From the NCBI GenBank assembly GCA_964564225.1, contig CAZMAF010000002.1:2199-66198 (forward strand): a DNA stretch of 64,000 nt, in the 5' to 3' direction. The notes below the pieces were generated by a model. That model saw only the letters and a program-made list of their open reading frames with translations, was not told where the DNA came from and ran no database searches. Within the stretch, counting starts at the first letter, position 1. Each line of letters starts with the position of its first letter. Below, one piece after another: positions 38,176 to 49,381 of this stretch. The DNA comes from an uncultured Lachnospiraceae bacterium (lineage in GTDB: Bacteria > Bacillota > Clostridia > Oscillospirales > CAG-272). The translations under genes and the position numbers were made by a program.

Positions 38176-38215
38176 AAAAACAGAACATTTGTCTACCGAC
38201 AAATGTTCTGTTTTT
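38176..38215 (-). terminator. Terminator of tRNA-Val
   Basis: 13-bp stem CAGAACATTTGTC/GACAAATGTTCTG with T/A runs, immediately 3' of the tRNA on the minus strand. Confidence 0.8.
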
Positions 38216-38217
38216 GT

Positions 38218-38294
38218 TGGTGGGGATAATAGGGCTCGAACCTATGACCTCATGCATGTCAAGCATGCGCTCTAACCAGCTGAGCTATACCCCC
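38218..38294 (-). tRNA. tRNA-Val (anticodon GAC), CCA encoded
   Basis: The reverse complement GGGGGTATAGCTCAGCTGGTTAGAGCGCATGCTTGACATGCATGAGGTCATAGGTTCGAGCCCTATTATCCCCACCA folds as a cloverleaf, with anticodon loop TTGACAT and T-loop TTCGAGC. Confidence 0.93.
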
Positions 38295-38304
38295 GTACCC
38301 GATT

Positions 38305-38333
38305 ATTTTATCATACTTTCGCGGAAAAAGCAA
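38305..38333 (-). promoter_or_regulatory. Sigma-A promoter of tRNA-Val
   Basis: On the minus strand: TTGCTT-N17 (ending TGA)-TAAAAT, about 10 nt upstream of the tRNA 5' end. Confidence 0.55.
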
Positions 38334-38485
38334 TAGGAAATATTGCACAATGTTTTGCCTTGAATTATGTGCAAAACGACGAGAGGTTTGGATTGTCAGG
38401 GATCAAGAGTTGGAAAAGAATAGTAGTATTTTGAGCGATGCTTCGGTATAATATAGATAAAAAGTAAAGAGGATGTATAACAATA

Positions 38486-39085
<600 letters not shown>

Positions 39086-39109
39086 TTTTGAAAAAAATAG
39101 TATAGTCTC

Positions 39110-39138
39110 TTGATTTTTCATTGATAAAGTGCTAAAAT
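39110..39138 (+). promoter_or_regulatory. Sigma-A promoter of the SGNH hydrolase gene
   Basis: TTGATT-N17-TAAAAT. Confidence 0.5.
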
Positions 39139-39213
39139 GAAAACAGAAATACAATCAAAGAGTATTGTTGTGTTTTTTTGCAGCAGTGTTTTTTGAAAGA
39201 ATTTGGAGGAAAA

Positions 39214-40467
39214 ATGAAAAAAATAGTATTATTTCTTTTGACTTTAGTTTGCGTTGTTGTGTTTACCGTGGCATGTGGCGAAACGGTTACGACGACTACT
39301 GACGGCACAACGACACTTGACGATAATACAACGACAGCGGCCGTTAGTACGACAAAAGCGCCTGACAGTACAACGGGAGCAGCGATTGAGTCAGAGTTCG
39401 AGTCGATTAAAATTGCTAACAATGATCTTTCCGCGTATACGATCGTATATGCAGAAAGTCATCTGGCGGAGGATGCGGCGGCTACGCCGCAGTATTATCC
39501 CGTTTGGGATTTCAATAAGGAAACCGCAGAGCGTCTTTCGGATCTTATCTTTGACGTAACCGGTGTTCGTCTTTCTATTGCATGTGACGTAGATACCGCA
39601 GAGACCGATAAGGAAATTCTGATCGGTAAAACCAACAGAACGGTAACTGAAACGCTTTCGCTTGCCAAGGTGAAAGTAGAGGAATATAAGATTTGTGTAT
39701 CGGGTGAAAAACTTGTGATTTGCGGCGGTAAATACGGTTCTACCTGGCACGCTATTGATTATATCGAAGAACTCTTTGCAAACGAGTTGGCTAACAAAAA
39801 TACAAATTACAATTTCGCTTCCGATATGACTTATACCGGTCAATTTGACTTTATCCGTATTGGCTGTATCGGTGACAGTATTACGCAAGGTGTAGGAGTT
39901 TCTAATCCTAATAAATATGCATATTCCGCACAGCTTGAAAGATGGCTTTGGAAGGATGCTATTGTTTATAATCTCGGTAATAGCGGTAAGACATTGCGTG
40001 ACGATCTTTCCGATTCGTATATGAAGACTCCTACATATAAGAAAGCGTTAATGATTGCCGCAGATATTGATATTTTCACTGTTATGCTTGGTACAAACGA
40101 TTCTAACCGTGATCAGAATTGGAGCGCTGCAGATACTGCTACTTATAAAAAGGATTATGAAACGCTTTTCAGAACACTTTCGGAGAAGAATTCCGATATG
40201 CAGTTTGTCATTATGAATTGTCCTGCTTGCTTTGGCACAAGAATTGATAATAAGTTTGGCAGTCCCGAGCTTCGTCAGATTCAGGAAGAATTGGTTGGCG
40301 AAATGAATGAGAAGGGTTATAAGACGTCTTTCTTTGATATGTATTCGGTTACCAAGGATCTTCAGGATTACTATCCGGATAATCTTCATCCCGATGAGGA
40401 CGGTCATACCGTTATGGCTGAAGAGCTTGCAAATGCATTGAGCGAGCTTATTGACGGTATGAAATAA
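39214..40467 (+). CDS. SGNH/GDSL-family hydrolase lipoprotein with a Thr-rich linker and an N-terminal domain of unknown function
   Basis: Start trimmed to ATG 39214 (GGAGGA RBS). Signal peptide with lipobox TVAC. GCIGDSITQG (block I), GTNDS, and a C-terminal DNLHPDEDGH (block V). Confidence 0.75.
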   Translation: MKKIVLFLLTLVCVVVFTVACGETVTTTTDGTTTLDDNTTTAAVSTTKAPDSTTGAAIESEFESIKIANNDLSAYTIVYAESHLAEDAAATPQYYPVWDFNKETAERLSDLIFDVTGVRLSIACDVDTAETDKEILIGKTNRTVTETLSLAKVKVEEYKICVSGEKLVICGGKYGSTWHAIDYIEELFANELANKNTNYNFASDMTYTGQFDFIRIGCIGDSITQGVGVSNPNKYAYSAQLERWLWKDAIVYNLGNSGKTLRDDLSDSYMKTPTYKKALMIAADIDIFTVMLGTNDSNRDQNWSAADTATYKKDYETLFRTLSEKNSDMQFVIMNCPACFGTRIDNKFGSPELRQIQEELVGEMNEKGYKTSFFDMYSVTKDLQDYYPDNLHPDEDGHTVMAEELANALSELIDGMK

Positions 40468-40474
40468 TGAGTAT

Positions 40475-40510
40475 AAAAAAACAAGGTCATGAAAATGACC
40501 TTGTTTTTTT
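40475..40510. terminator. Bidirectional terminator (SGNH gene / ftsH)
   Basis: A-run, ACAAGGTCAT-GAAA-ATGACCTTGT, then T-run. Confidence 0.8.
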
Positions 40511-40535
40511 ATGGCGTTTTAAGTGATTACTGCGG

Positions 40536-42659
40536 TTATTCGGGCGTATTGGTATCTTCGGGTGTTTCCACAGGTGTAACCTCAGGTGTATTCTCGGAAG
40601 AAGGCGTTGTAGGCGATGTGGGTTTGGCATAGCCGCCGACAGGATAGCCGTTCGGTCCGAACTGTTGCTGCATCTGAGCAAGGCGCTCAGCTTCGCGTTT
40701 CGCGCGATCTTCTTCGATGCGGCGTTTTTCTGCGTTTTCTTCTTCGCTGCGGCGCTGTTTTTCACTGATGATCGCTTCAAGGTCTTCTACCGTAACGTCG
40801 TCTTTTTCCATAACGAGCGTAAACTGTTCGGCGTCCATCGTTTCGTGTTCCATCAGATACTTGGCGACAAAATGGAGCTTTTCAATATCGTTGTTCAGTA
40901 TATCTTCTGCACGTTTGTATGCACCGGTAATAATGGCATGAACTTCATCGTCGATTTTGGCGGCAGTTTTTCCGGAGTAGCGCGGTGTAGAGGAATAATC
41001 TCTGCCAAGGAAAACTTCGTTGTGACTGTCACCAAACAGGATTGGTCCAAGCTCATCGGACATACCGAGCATCGTTACCATCTTGTGCGCAGTTTCGGTT
41101 GCATGCTTGATGTCGCCGTATGCGCCGCCCGTATAGTCGCCGAAGATGATGCGTTCTGCAGCTCTTCCGCCGAGCGTCATGGCAATATTTTGGAGTAATT
41201 CTTCTTTGGATTCGCTGAGTTTGTCTTCCTCCGGAACAACGAGTGTATAGCCAAGTGCGTTTCCGCTGGGAATGATTGAGATCTGACGAACGGGATCGAT
41301 GAGGGGGAGACGGAAGGCTACGATTGCGTGGCCTGCTTCATGGTAAGCGGTATTCAGGCGTTCTTTTTCGCTCATTTGCTTGTTCTTCTTTTGCGTACCG
41401 ACCATGATCTTCATCATAGCATCATCAATATCGCTCATGCCGATGAGAGTTTTTCCACGTCTTGCGGCGAGAAGTGCTGCCTCGTTCAGGAGGTTCGCGA
41501 GATCAGCACCTGTAAAGCCGATGGTTGCCTTGGCAACCTGCTTCAGATTGACGTTGCGTTCAAAGGGCTTGCCTTTGGCGTGAACTTTCAGGATGTCTTC
41601 ACGTCCCTTGATGTCGGGGCGCTGTACGGTGATCTGACGGTCCAAACGACCGGGGCGGAGAAGTGCGGCGTCGAGAATATCGGGACGGTTGGTAGCGGCG
41701 ATGACGATAACACCTTCATTGCCGCCGAATCCGTCCATTTCTACGAGGAGCTGGTTCAGGGTTTGTTCACGCTCGTCGTGTCCGCCGCCAAGACCTGCGC
41801 CGCGCTGACGGCCGACAGCATCGATCTCGTCTATAAAGACGATACTTGCGGGGGAACTTCTTGCTTTGTCAAACAGGTCGCGGACACGGGATGCGCCGAC
41901 GCCGACGTACATTTCTACGAAATCTGAACCCGAGATTGAGAAGAAGGGAACGCCTGCTTCGCCGGCAACGGCTTTAGCAAGGAGCGTTTTACCCGTACCG
42001 GGAGGTCCGACAAGCAGAACACCATGGGGAATTTTAGCACCGAGTTTGGTATAATGTGCGGGGTTTTTGAGGAACTGTACGATTTCCTGAAGCTCCTCTT
42101 TTTCTTCATCAGCACCTGCTACGTCGGCAAAAAGAACGCGCTTTTTGGGATCAGGGGTAACCGATTTCGTTTTCGTTTTGCCAAAGGATGTTGCTTTTCC
42201 TGTTGTACTCTTTACGAAAACAAAATAGAGAACGATGATAAGACCGATAATCAGAACGAAAGGGAGAAGACTTACCCACCACGGTACGGTAGCGGCGGCT
42301 TCAAATTTACATTCGATCATTGCGGAAGGATCGTTTTGATGCGCAGCATTGTAAGGATTGACATACTTGGTAACGTATGCTTCCATAAAATAATTATGGT
42401 CCTGGATTTTGTAAGTGTACTCCGTGTTTTTTGTGGTAGTAATTTTCAGGTTATTTTCAGCATCGAGATAAAGCTTTTTAACAGCAACCTCGTCGGCTTC
42501 AATTATAAAATCTTCGAGCGGAAGGAAAAATTGAAGCAACTCGGTGTCATTGTTGATTTCGGCAGGTTGGTTCATTCCTGCTACCGAGGAAAAGACGATT
42601 ACGGCAACGATGCCGACAAGTATCAGCGTGATAATGATTGAGCGTATGTTTTTTCTCAT
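40536..42659 (-). CDS. ftsH: ATP-dependent zinc metalloprotease FtsH
   Basis: [16 protein letters not shown] region, HEAGHA zinc motif and a Pro/Thr/Glu-rich C-terminal tail. Confidence 0.96.
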   Translation of the reverse strand: MRKNIRSIIITLILVGIVAVIVFSSVAGMNQPAEINNDTELLQFFLPLEDFIIEADEVAVKKLYLDAENNLKITTTKNTEYTYKIQDHNYFMEAYVTKYVNPYNAAHQNDPSAMIECKFEAAATVPWWVSLLPFVLIIGLIIVLYFVFVKSTTGKATSFGKTKTKSVTPDPKKRVLFADVAGADEEKEELQEIVQFLKNPAHYTKLGAKIPHGVLLVGPPGTGKTLLAKAVAGEAGVPFFSISGSDFVEMYVGVGASRVRDLFDKARSSPASIVFIDEIDAVGRQRGAGLGGGHDEREQTLNQLLVEMDGFGGNEGVIVIAATNRPDILDAALLRPGRLDRQITVQRPDIKGREDILKVHAKGKPFERNVNLKQVAKATIGFTGADLANLLNEAALLAARRGKTLIGMSDIDDAMMKIMVGTQKKNKQMSEKERLNTAYHEAGHAIVAFRLPLIDPVRQISIIPSGNALGYTLVVPEEDKLSESKEELLQNIAMTLGGRAAERIIFGDYTGGAYGDIKHATETAHKMVTMLGMSDELGPILFGDSHNEVFLGRDYSSTPRYSGKTAAKIDDEVHAIITGAYKRAEDILNNDIEKLHFVAKYLMEHETMDAEQFTLVMEKDDVTVEDLEAIISEKQRRSEEENAEKRRIEEDRAKREAERLAQMQQQFGPNGYPVGGYAKPTSPTTPSSENTPEVTPVETPEDTNTPE

Positions 42660-42742
42660 TGAGTCGTATTATTTTCACCGAGGGGTGAAAAATCCTTTCT
42701 CCCGAGTAATATGGATTGGGGATGCCTTCGGGGGAGGCAGAT

Positions 42743-43327
42743 TTATTGGGTGTATACTTCGGGCTTTAAAATGCCGATGTAGGGGAGCGCGCGATAGCGT
42801 TCATCGTAGTCGAGACCGTAACCTACAACAAATTCGTCTTCGATTTCAACGCCGATATAATCGGCTTCGAAGTCTACGGCACGGCGCGAAGGCTTATCGA
42901 GAAGGGCGGCGACACGGATGCTGCGCGCACCTTTATTTTTCAAGTACTGTGTTAAATATTTCATGGTTTTTCCACTGTCGATGATGTCTTCAATAATAAC
43001 GATGTCGAGGTCGTGCATGTCGCCGCGATGGATATCCAGTAAAATATTGACACTTCCCGAGGACACCGTTCCGGCGCCGTATGAGGAAACCTTCATAAAG
43101 TCGATTTCTACGGGACGCTTGATTGTTTTCATCAGATCGCCCATAAATACGATAGATCCTTTCAATATACAGAGCAAAAGCAGTTTTTTGTGGGGGTCGG
43201 GATAGTCGGCATCAATCTCGGAGGCGATTTTTTTAACGAGGCTTTGTATCTCGTTTTCGGAAATCATAATATTGGCAATATCGTCGTTAATGTTATAAGG
43301 CTTGTTATTTTCCATTGTGTTTTCCAT
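42743..43327 (-). CDS. hpt: Hypoxanthine phosphoribosyltransferase
   Basis: IVIIEDIIDSGKT PRPP-binding motif, in a tilS-hpt-ftsH context. Confidence 0.9.
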   Translation of the reverse strand: MENTMENNKPYNINDDIANIMISENEIQSLVKKIASEIDADYPDPHKKLLLLCILKGSIVFMGDLMKTIKRPVEIDFMKVSSYGAGTVSSGSVNILLDIHRGDMHDLDIVIIEDIIDSGKTMKYLTQYLKNKGARSIRVAALLDKPSRRAVDFEADYIGVEIEDEFVVGYGLDYDERYRALPYIGILKPEVYTQ

Positions 43328-43336
43328 CCATTTATT

Positions 43337-44689
43337 TTATACTTTGTAAATTGAAATCCGATAATTTTTTTTATGCTGCGCAGACAGCGTTTGGTAGAGA
43401 TCGGAAATCGGAAGGTGAGTAACGAAAAGGATCTCGCCATGATAGAGAATAATGGGAAGCGTATCGCGGCATGTTTTAGAAATTTTTTGGTCGCAAAGCA
43501 TTTTTTTGATGCTTCTCGTCATATTGCCTTGTCGGTAATGGTCACCGTTTTGCCGTGAACGGACTGTTATTTTATCAATGGCATCATACGGAACAACGAG
43601 TGAAAAAAGCGGTGAATCCGAAGGCTCGTGCGTTGTGACGGTGATTCGATAGCTATTCAGAAAAATAAAATCACTGTCGGGTGTTAAGGCGATCGGAATG
43701 TCAATTGGTGTGACGTCGCTTCGATAAAATGCGGTTTCTTTTGAATTGATCGAAAGAAACCATTTTCCGGGAAAGGTGATAGCGCCCGAAAAGCGTTGAT
43801 TTGCGGCAAGGGAAATTTTTTTGCAGGATTCTTTGAGTTGTTCGCTTCGTATTTCATTGTGTGCGATTCGGCGGTATTTTATGAGTAAAACCCGACGGAG
43901 AATGGCAGTTGGGAGAGAAGCCAAAACTTGCGTATCAATGCAATCTTCATACTGTTTTGCGATGGCGTTCAGCGTTTCGTCGTCTTCGCGTGCCGTTTGA
44001 GAAAAACGGTAGACTGCTTCGTGTAAGGCAGGATTAATCAATTCAAGCCGAGGCAGTATTTCGTGACGGATAAAATTTCTTGTATATGCGCGATCGGCGT
44101 TAGTGGCGTCCTCGCGATACGGAATCTGATGAACGTGAACGTAAGCGAGAATTTCTTGTTTGGAAAAGGGCAGGAACGGACGAATGATAGCGTTTCGTTT
44201 TGAGACAATACCACATACGCCCTGTAAGGCGCTTCCGCGCGATAAATGGAAGAGTATGGTTTCGGTATTGTCGGTGGCGTTATGCGCTGTGGCAATATAG
44301 TCAAGCTTTTGCTCTGCGCGGTATGCTTCGAGCGCTTGGTAACGCAGATGGCGAGCGGCTTCTTCAATTCCCAGCTTGTGAGTTTTGGCGTAAGCGGGAA
44401 TGTCTTTTGAAACGATTGCTAAAGGAATGCTGTACTCCCGACATACTTCTTTACAAAACTCAGCGTCGTCATCGGCTTCTGCGCGGATTTTATGATTAAA
44501 ATGCAGAGCGTGAATTGTAATAGCGCGTTCTTTTGCAAGACGGGCAAAGCAGTTGAGCAGTAATGCGGAGTCTGCACCGCCTGAGTATGCGATCAGCACG
44601 GAAGTGAGTCCCTCAGGCAGTATTTCATCGAGCGTTTGGCAAAACCGTTCGTATAGATCGCCGTGTTTTTTTGAGGAATATGATGCCAT
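43337..44689 (-). CDS. tilS: tRNA(Ile)-lysidine synthetase
   Basis: PP-loop AYSGGADS. Confidence 0.88.
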   Translation of the reverse strand: MASYSSKKHGDLYERFCQTLDEILPEGLTSVLIAYSGGADSALLLNCFARLAKERAITIHALHFNHKIRAEADDDAEFCKEVCREYSIPLAIVSKDIPAYAKTHKLGIEEAARHLRYQALEAYRAEQKLDYIATAHNATDNTETILFHLSRGSALQGVCGIVSKRNAIIRPFLPFSKQEILAYVHVHQIPYREDATNADRAYTRNFIRHEILPRLELINPALHEAVYRFSQTAREDDETLNAIAKQYEDCIDTQVLASLPTAILRRVLLIKYRRIAHNEIRSEQLKESCKKISLAANQRFSGAITFPGKWFLSINSKETAFYRSDVTPIDIPIALTPDSDFIFLNSYRITVTTHEPSDSPLFSLVVPYDAIDKITVRSRQNGDHYRQGNMTRSIKKMLCDQKISKTCRDTLPIILYHGEILFVTHLPISDLYQTLSAQHKKNYRISIYKV

Positions 44690-44691
44690 CG

Positions 44692-46047
44692 TTATTCTGC
44701 GGAGCTCTCGCGGGGATCAATGGTGGTGAACTTGGTGAACGGACCGTACCAACCCATTTTGATTCCGTTGTCGGTACTACCGTGACGGTTTTTGGCAACT
44801 ATCACTTCGGCGACGTTTTCGTCTGCCTGTGTTTTGCCTGTGCCGTCGTCATAATACATTTCGCGGTACAAAAAGAGTACGGCATCGGCATCCTGCTCGA
44901 TCGCACCCGAGTCACGCAGATCGGAAAGCATCGGTTTTTTGCTGGTTCTTCCTTCCGGACCTCGGGAAAGCTGTGCGCAACAGATCACGGGAACGCCGAG
45001 ATCCTTGGCCATAAGTTTCATATTACGCGAAATATCGCCTACTTCAAGGACGCGGTTGTCGATTTTTTTATCACTTTGCATGAGCTGGAGATAGTCGACG
45101 ACCACGAGTCCGAGATTTTTCTTTTTGCGAAGTTTGGATTTCATGCTTGTGACAGTGATACCCGACGTATCATCAATGTAAATGTCGCATGCAGCAAGGT
45201 ATTCGGAGGCTCGGGCAAGCTTATCCCAGTCCTCTTTTGAAAGTGTACCGCTACGGAGCTTGTTGGATTCTACCATAGCTTCCGAGGATAGCATACGCAT
45301 TACGAGTTGTTGCTTGGACATTTCAAGAGAAAAAATACATACCTCTTTGCCGGTTTTTCTGGCGACGTTGGAGGCAATATTTAAAGCAAATGAGGTTTTA
45401 CCCATACCGGGACGGGCGCCGATCAGAACGAGATCGCCTTTGCCCATACCAACGAGTACGTTATCAAGTGCTGAAAATCCGGTTTCAACGCCCTTGGTTT
45501 CCTCGGCATTTTCCGACAATGCTTTCAAATGCGAGTAGGTATCAACGATAACGTCGCGAATATGTGTAAAGTCGGATTGCTGTTGGTTTTGTGTCAAGGA
45601 AAAGATCAAACCGCCTGCATTGTCGAGAATAAACGAAACATCATCCTGTGCGGCGTAAGCGCTTTCGGTAATATTGTTGCATATCTCGATGAGAGAGCGA
45701 AGAAGGCTCTTGTCTTTCACGATGCGTGCATATTCCTTGACGTTACTTGCAGAGGGTACGATATCGGCAAGCGTGCGGATATAGGACCTTGATCTTTCGA
45801 TGTCGTATACGCCTTCGCGGACAAGTTCTTCCGCGAGCATAACGGCATCAATGTCTTTGCTTTGCAAAAACAGACGTTGCATTGCCGTATAGATTTCCCG
45901 GTGCTGTTCAAGATAAAAATCATCGGTTGTGATAATAGTTGCGATCTCGCCGATTGATTCGGGATCAATCAGAATCGATCCAAGCACCGATTGTTCTGCT
46001 TCTAAGGAAAAGGGGAGCTTGCGTACGGGAGTATCGTTAAGTGCCAT
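44692..46047 (-). CDS. dnaB: Replicative DNA helicase (DnaB family)
   Basis: PFSLEAEQSVLGSIL and GARPGMGKTSFALNIA. Confidence 0.95.
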   Translation of the reverse strand: MALNDTPVRKLPFSLEAEQSVLGSILIDPESIGEIATIITTDDFYLEQHREIYTAMQRLFLQSKDIDAVMLAEELVREGVYDIERSRSYIRTLADIVPSASNVKEYARIVKDKSLLRSLIEICNNITESAYAAQDDVSFILDNAGGLIFSLTQNQQQSDFTHIRDVIVDTYSHLKALSENAEETKGVETGFSALDNVLVGMGKGDLVLIGARPGMGKTSFALNIASNVARKTGKEVCIFSLEMSKQQLVMRMLSSEAMVESNKLRSGTLSKEDWDKLARASEYLAACDIYIDDTSGITVTSMKSKLRKKKNLGLVVVDYLQLMQSDKKIDNRVLEVGDISRNMKLMAKDLGVPVICCAQLSRGPEGRTSKKPMLSDLRDSGAIEQDADAVLFLYREMYYDDGTGKTQADENVAEVIVAKNRHGSTDNGIKMGWYGPFTKFTTIDPRESSAE

Positions 46048-46075
46048 TTATATGCTCCTTGTTTTTGAATACTGA

Positions 46076-46525
46076 TTATTTTTTTTCGGTAACAGTCAAA
46101 TGAATTTTGCCAACGACTCCTGTATAAAGCTTTACGTCAAGGGTATACGAGCCAAAAGCACGAATCGGTTTATCGAGTACGATTTTGCGTTTGTCAACGG
46201 TAATTTTGTGAGAGGCTTCAAGGCTTTCCGCGATTTCCTTGGATGTGACTGAGCCATAAGGTTTTCCGTCGTTTCCGGCAGAGAGAGAGATGACGACTTT
46301 GATTTCGTTAAGCTTTTCTGCAAGTGCCTTAGCTTCCTGTGTTTCGGTATCAATTTTGAATTTTTGTGCGGATTCTTTGTTTTTCAGTTCGTTAATAATT
46401 TTATTGTCGGCGATGACGGCGAGTTTTTTTGGGAAAAGAAAATTACGTGCATATCCTTCCGATACTTCGATCATGTCGCCTTTTTTACCTTGTGATTTTA
46501 CGTCTTGTGTAAGAACAACCTTCAT
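46076..46525 (-). CDS. rplI: 50S ribosomal protein L9
   Basis: MKVVLTQDVKSQGKKGDMIEVSEGYARNFLFPKKLA. Confidence 0.95.
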   Translation of the reverse strand: MKVVLTQDVKSQGKKGDMIEVSEGYARNFLFPKKLAVIADNKIINELKNKESAQKFKIDTETQEAKALAEKLNEIKVVISLSAGNDGKPYGSVTSKEIAESLEASHKITVDKRKIVLDKPIRAFGSYTLDVKLYTGVVGKIHLTVTEKK

Positions 46526-46552
46526 AGTTTTATATTGCCTTTCAAGTGATAT

Positions 46553-48538
46553 TTATTGTTCGTCGAGATAGTTGTCGATTGCGTTGGTGAGTTGCGCCAT
46601 TGCCTCATCGATACTGCCGTAAATGACGGTTGCTGCGGCGTCGTAATGACCGCCGCCGCCGATTTTTTCAAGAATGATCTGTACGTTTATCTTGCCGGTA
46701 GAACGTGCGGAAATGCGAACGGTATCGTCAATTTTACAAAGAGCAAAAGAGGCGAGAACGCCGTCGACAGTCAAAAGATTATCGGCGACCTTGGCTGCTG
46801 CGATGCGGTCTTGTGCAGTGTTATCATCTTCGTTATTGATCGAAATGGCAATCGTTTTGCGGTAGATCTGAACGTTGGTTTCAAAACGCGCCTTGCGGAT
46901 CAGATCGTCAAGTCCTGTTTTGAAAAGTTCCTGCGCTTCGTTGGGATTGGCACCCTGACCGCGCAGATACTGTGCTGCTGAGAAGGTTCTGACACCGGTA
47001 TTGACAACGAAATGTTTGGTGTCGAGCATAATACCTGCAAACATAAGGTCTGCTTCTTGTTTGGAAAGTTTGACACTTGCTGAGGTTTGCTCGAGAATTT
47101 CACATACCAACTCGCACGCCGAGGAGGCGGAGGGTTCAATATAATGAAGAACCGGAGTTTTGGAAAACTCGGCATTCATTCTGTGGTGGTCAACGTATAC
47201 CACTTTACGAACGAGCTTTGCGATTTCTTCACTTTCAAATTGTGTGGGATTGTTGACGTCGACGATGATGAGGAGCGTATCGGAATAGTTGAGCTCGCAA
47301 GCCTCTGCCGCACTTACGAATACGTTATCGTATGCGTGAAGCGATTTTAGTCTGTCAAAGCATTTAGCAAGAGAGGCGTTGCTTTTGTCGGTTATGATAT
47401 AACAGGGTTTTCCGCACTGCATAATCAGGCGTGCCATACCGATACAAGCGCCGAAAGAGTCAAAGTCAGCATATTTGTGACCCATTATGAGTACGTTGGA
47501 GCTGCTTTGGATCAGGCTTGTCAGTTTTGATGCAACGGTTCGCGATTTTACGGTTGAGCGTTTTTGAGAGGATTTTGTCAGACCGCCGATATATTCAATG
47601 CCGTCTTCTGATTTGATGACCGCCTGGTCGCCGCCACGCGCAAGGGCAAGCTCAATTGCCGCTTTTGCCGCGGCATCTTTTTCTGTCATCGTACCGGAAA
47701 CGGTGGAAGTGCCGATTGAAATTGTGGGCGGAATATCACTTTTTCCAACGGGAATTGCATGGATATCGGCAAAAATTTCAAACTTTTTAATTTTTTCATA
47801 GCCTTGGCGGCTGAAAACGAAGATGAATTTGTTACGTTCAAATTCTTTGATGATACCGCCTGCCGATACGCCCCATTCGATCAGCATGTGTGAAATGGTT
47901 GAGGCAACCGAGGTGGTATTTTCGCCTTCAATCTGCACTAATTCATCGATATTGTCGATATAGATATAAGCGACGAAGGTTTCTTCAAGAGCCATACGAG
48001 CGCGGAGATTTTCCGCTACCGTAATATCGTCCCACCAAATGAGAGTGTGATCGTTCTGGCAGGGTTTTGCCATAACGTGATAAACGGTGTCATTTGAGGA
48101 CCAGATAATATCTTCGGCTTCGTCAGCATCGTTAAAGCGCTCAATGCCAAAGCCTGTGATCGAACGAAGTGTTCTTGTTTTCCCGTGAGGCAGGTCGAAA
48201 GCTACTTCAAAGCAATGGTTTGCCCAAACGATGAAGCCGTTTTCGTTACATAGCGCGATGGGTGTCGAGATTTCATTATAAACTGTGTGCGGTAATTCCG
48301 CAACAACGGGAGCAAGTTCTGCGTTTTTACGATTTTTTATGATGCGCACTCTTCCGAAAATGAATATGAACGCTAAAATGCAAAAATAAATGCCTGAAAC
48401 AAATGCGGTCAGTATAAGAGGATTATTTTGCGTTTGGGAAGCGATGGGTAAAATCCAGAAGAGCAGAGTAGTGATAACCCAAATCAGGATAAACTGCCAC
48501 CATTTCATACCTAAATACGATTTCTTGTTTTTTTTCAT
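46553..48538 (-). CDS. gdpP: DHH/DHHA1 phosphodiesterase, GdpP-like (c-di-AMP phosphodiesterase)
   Basis: Two N-terminal TM segments, PAS-like and degenerate GGDEF regions, and MGHKYADFDSFGA / VDHHR DHH motifs. The gdpP-rplI-dnaB synteny is conserved. Confidence 0.85.
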   Translation of the reverse strand: MKKNKKSYLGMKWWQFILIWVITTLLFWILPIASQTQNNPLILTAFVSGIYFCILAFIFIFGRVRIIKNRKNAELAPVVAELPHTVYNEISTPIALCNENGFIVWANHCFEVAFDLPHGKTRTLRSITGFGIERFNDADEAEDIIWSSNDTVYHVMAKPCQNDHTLIWWDDITVAENLRARMALEETFVAYIYIDNIDELVQIEGENTTSVASTISHMLIEWGVSAGGIIKEFERNKFIFVFSRQGYEKIKKFEIFADIHAIPVGKSDIPPTISIGTSTVSGTMTEKDAAAKAAIELALARGGDQAVIKSEDGIEYIGGLTKSSQKRSTVKSRTVASKLTSLIQSSSNVLIMGHKYADFDSFGACIGMARLIMQCGKPCYIITDKSNASLAKCFDRLKSLHAYDNVFVSAAEACELNYSDTLLIIVDVNNPTQFESEEIAKLVRKVVYVDHHRMNAEFSKTPVLHYIEPSASSACELVCEILEQTSASVKLSKQEADLMFAGIMLDTKHFVVNTGVRTFSAAQYLRGQGANPNEAQELFKTGLDDLIRKARFETNVQIYRKTIAISINNEDDNTAQDRIAAAKVADNLLTVDGVLASFALCKIDDTVRISARSTGKINVQIILEKIGGGGHYDAAATVIYGSIDEAMAQLTNAIDNYLDEQ

Positions 48539-48743
48539 TTTGTTACACGCAATCTAAACGTTGCGTCCTCATCCTTTCACCAGATTAGAGATGGAAAGCG
48601 AAAAATTTTCTCCTACTTATAATTTAAATATAAATATAAAAATATAAATAAATTATTAGGAAAAATACACCATGTTAAGTATAGCATAAAAGAAATCGTT
48701 TGTAAAGTAAAAAATGAATTTTTTTGTCGATGAAATATTGATA

Positions 48744-48778
48744 TTGACTTTTTGGAAATATTATCATATAATATGATA
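48744..48778 (+). promoter_or_regulatory. Sigma-A promoter whose -10 lies inside a 17-bp perfect palindrome (operator-like)
   Basis: TTGACT (48744-48749), N17, TATAAT (48767-48772). The palindrome TATCATAT-A-ATATGATA spans 48762-48778. Confidence 0.55.
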
Positions 48779-48860
48779 AAAGGGATATCTTAACTTCTTG
48801 TGAAAACGTACCGAAATTTATGTTGGTAATGCGTTAAAACTGTGAGCGGAGGAAGAATTT

Positions 48861-49370
48861 ATGGCGTTTAAGGAAATTGCTGCAAAAGAGTTGAGTGAAA
48901 ACTTATTTCATAAGATTGACGACGATTGGCTTTTGATCTGCGCGTGGGATAATGAAAACGGCAGAATGAATATGATGACGGCAAGTTGGGGAGGATTCGG
49001 TATTCTTTGGCACAAAGAGGTCTGCTTTTTGTTTGTGCGCCCTCAACGCCATACGCATAAGCTTTTGGATGAACAGGATGTTTTTTCCGTTGCCGTTCTG
49101 CCTTTCGATAAAAAGGATGCACACAAAGTGTGCGGTAAGTTGTCTGGGCGTAATGTTGATAAGATCAAAGAAACGGGACTTAGCGTGACAGAGATTGACG
49201 GTACGGTTACGGTGTCTGAAGGTGAACTTGTTTTTGTCGTGAAAAAACTCTATGAGGACATTCTGAAAAAGGAGGGATTTCTTGAAGAAGCCTTGCTTAA
49301 GAATTATCCTGCCGACGATTTTCATACGGTTTACGTTTGCGAGATCAAGAAGGTATATATCAAGGAATAA
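48861..49370 (+). CDS. Flavin reductase-like FMN-binding (split-barrel) protein
   Basis: NMMTASWGGFGILWHKEVCFLFVRPQRHT pattern, with a GGAGGAAG RBS. Confidence 0.7.
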   Translation: MAFKEIAAKELSENLFHKIDDDWLLICAWDNENGRMNMMTASWGGFGILWHKEVCFLFVRPQRHTHKLLDEQDVFSVAVLPFDKKDAHKVCGKLSGRNVDKIKETGLSVTEIDGTVTVSEGELVFVVKKLYEDILKKEGFLEEALLKNYPADDFHTVYVCEIKKVYIKE

Positions 49371-49381
49371 AGGACGAAACT

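Noticed and set aside
37994-38266. 90-aa minus-strand ORF across the repeat array
   Set aside because: It overlaps the tRNA-Val gene and its terminator. Its apparent internal peptide repeats are just the translated DNA iterons.
39132-39422. 96-aa minus-strand ORF with VVVL/SSVVV repeats
   Set aside because: It is the antisense translation of the Thr-rich linker (ACN codons) of the SGNH lipoprotein gene, a compositional artefact.
41328-42641. 199-aa and 205-aa plus-strand ORFs inside ftsH; similar cases are 30260-30910 (minus, inside the Lys-type murE), 60611-61162 (minus, inside the PBP gene) and 44671-45240 (plus, inside dnaB)
   Set aside because: All lie fully within strongly supported genes on the opposite strand, lack RBSs and have no recognisable motifs.
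48600-48665. AT-rich reiteration AATATAAATATAAAAATATAAATAAA upstream of gdpP
   Set aside because: This is simple low-complexity A/T phasing in a divergent promoter region, possibly an UP element or curved DNA. I see no defined repeat unit or symmetry to support a specific element.
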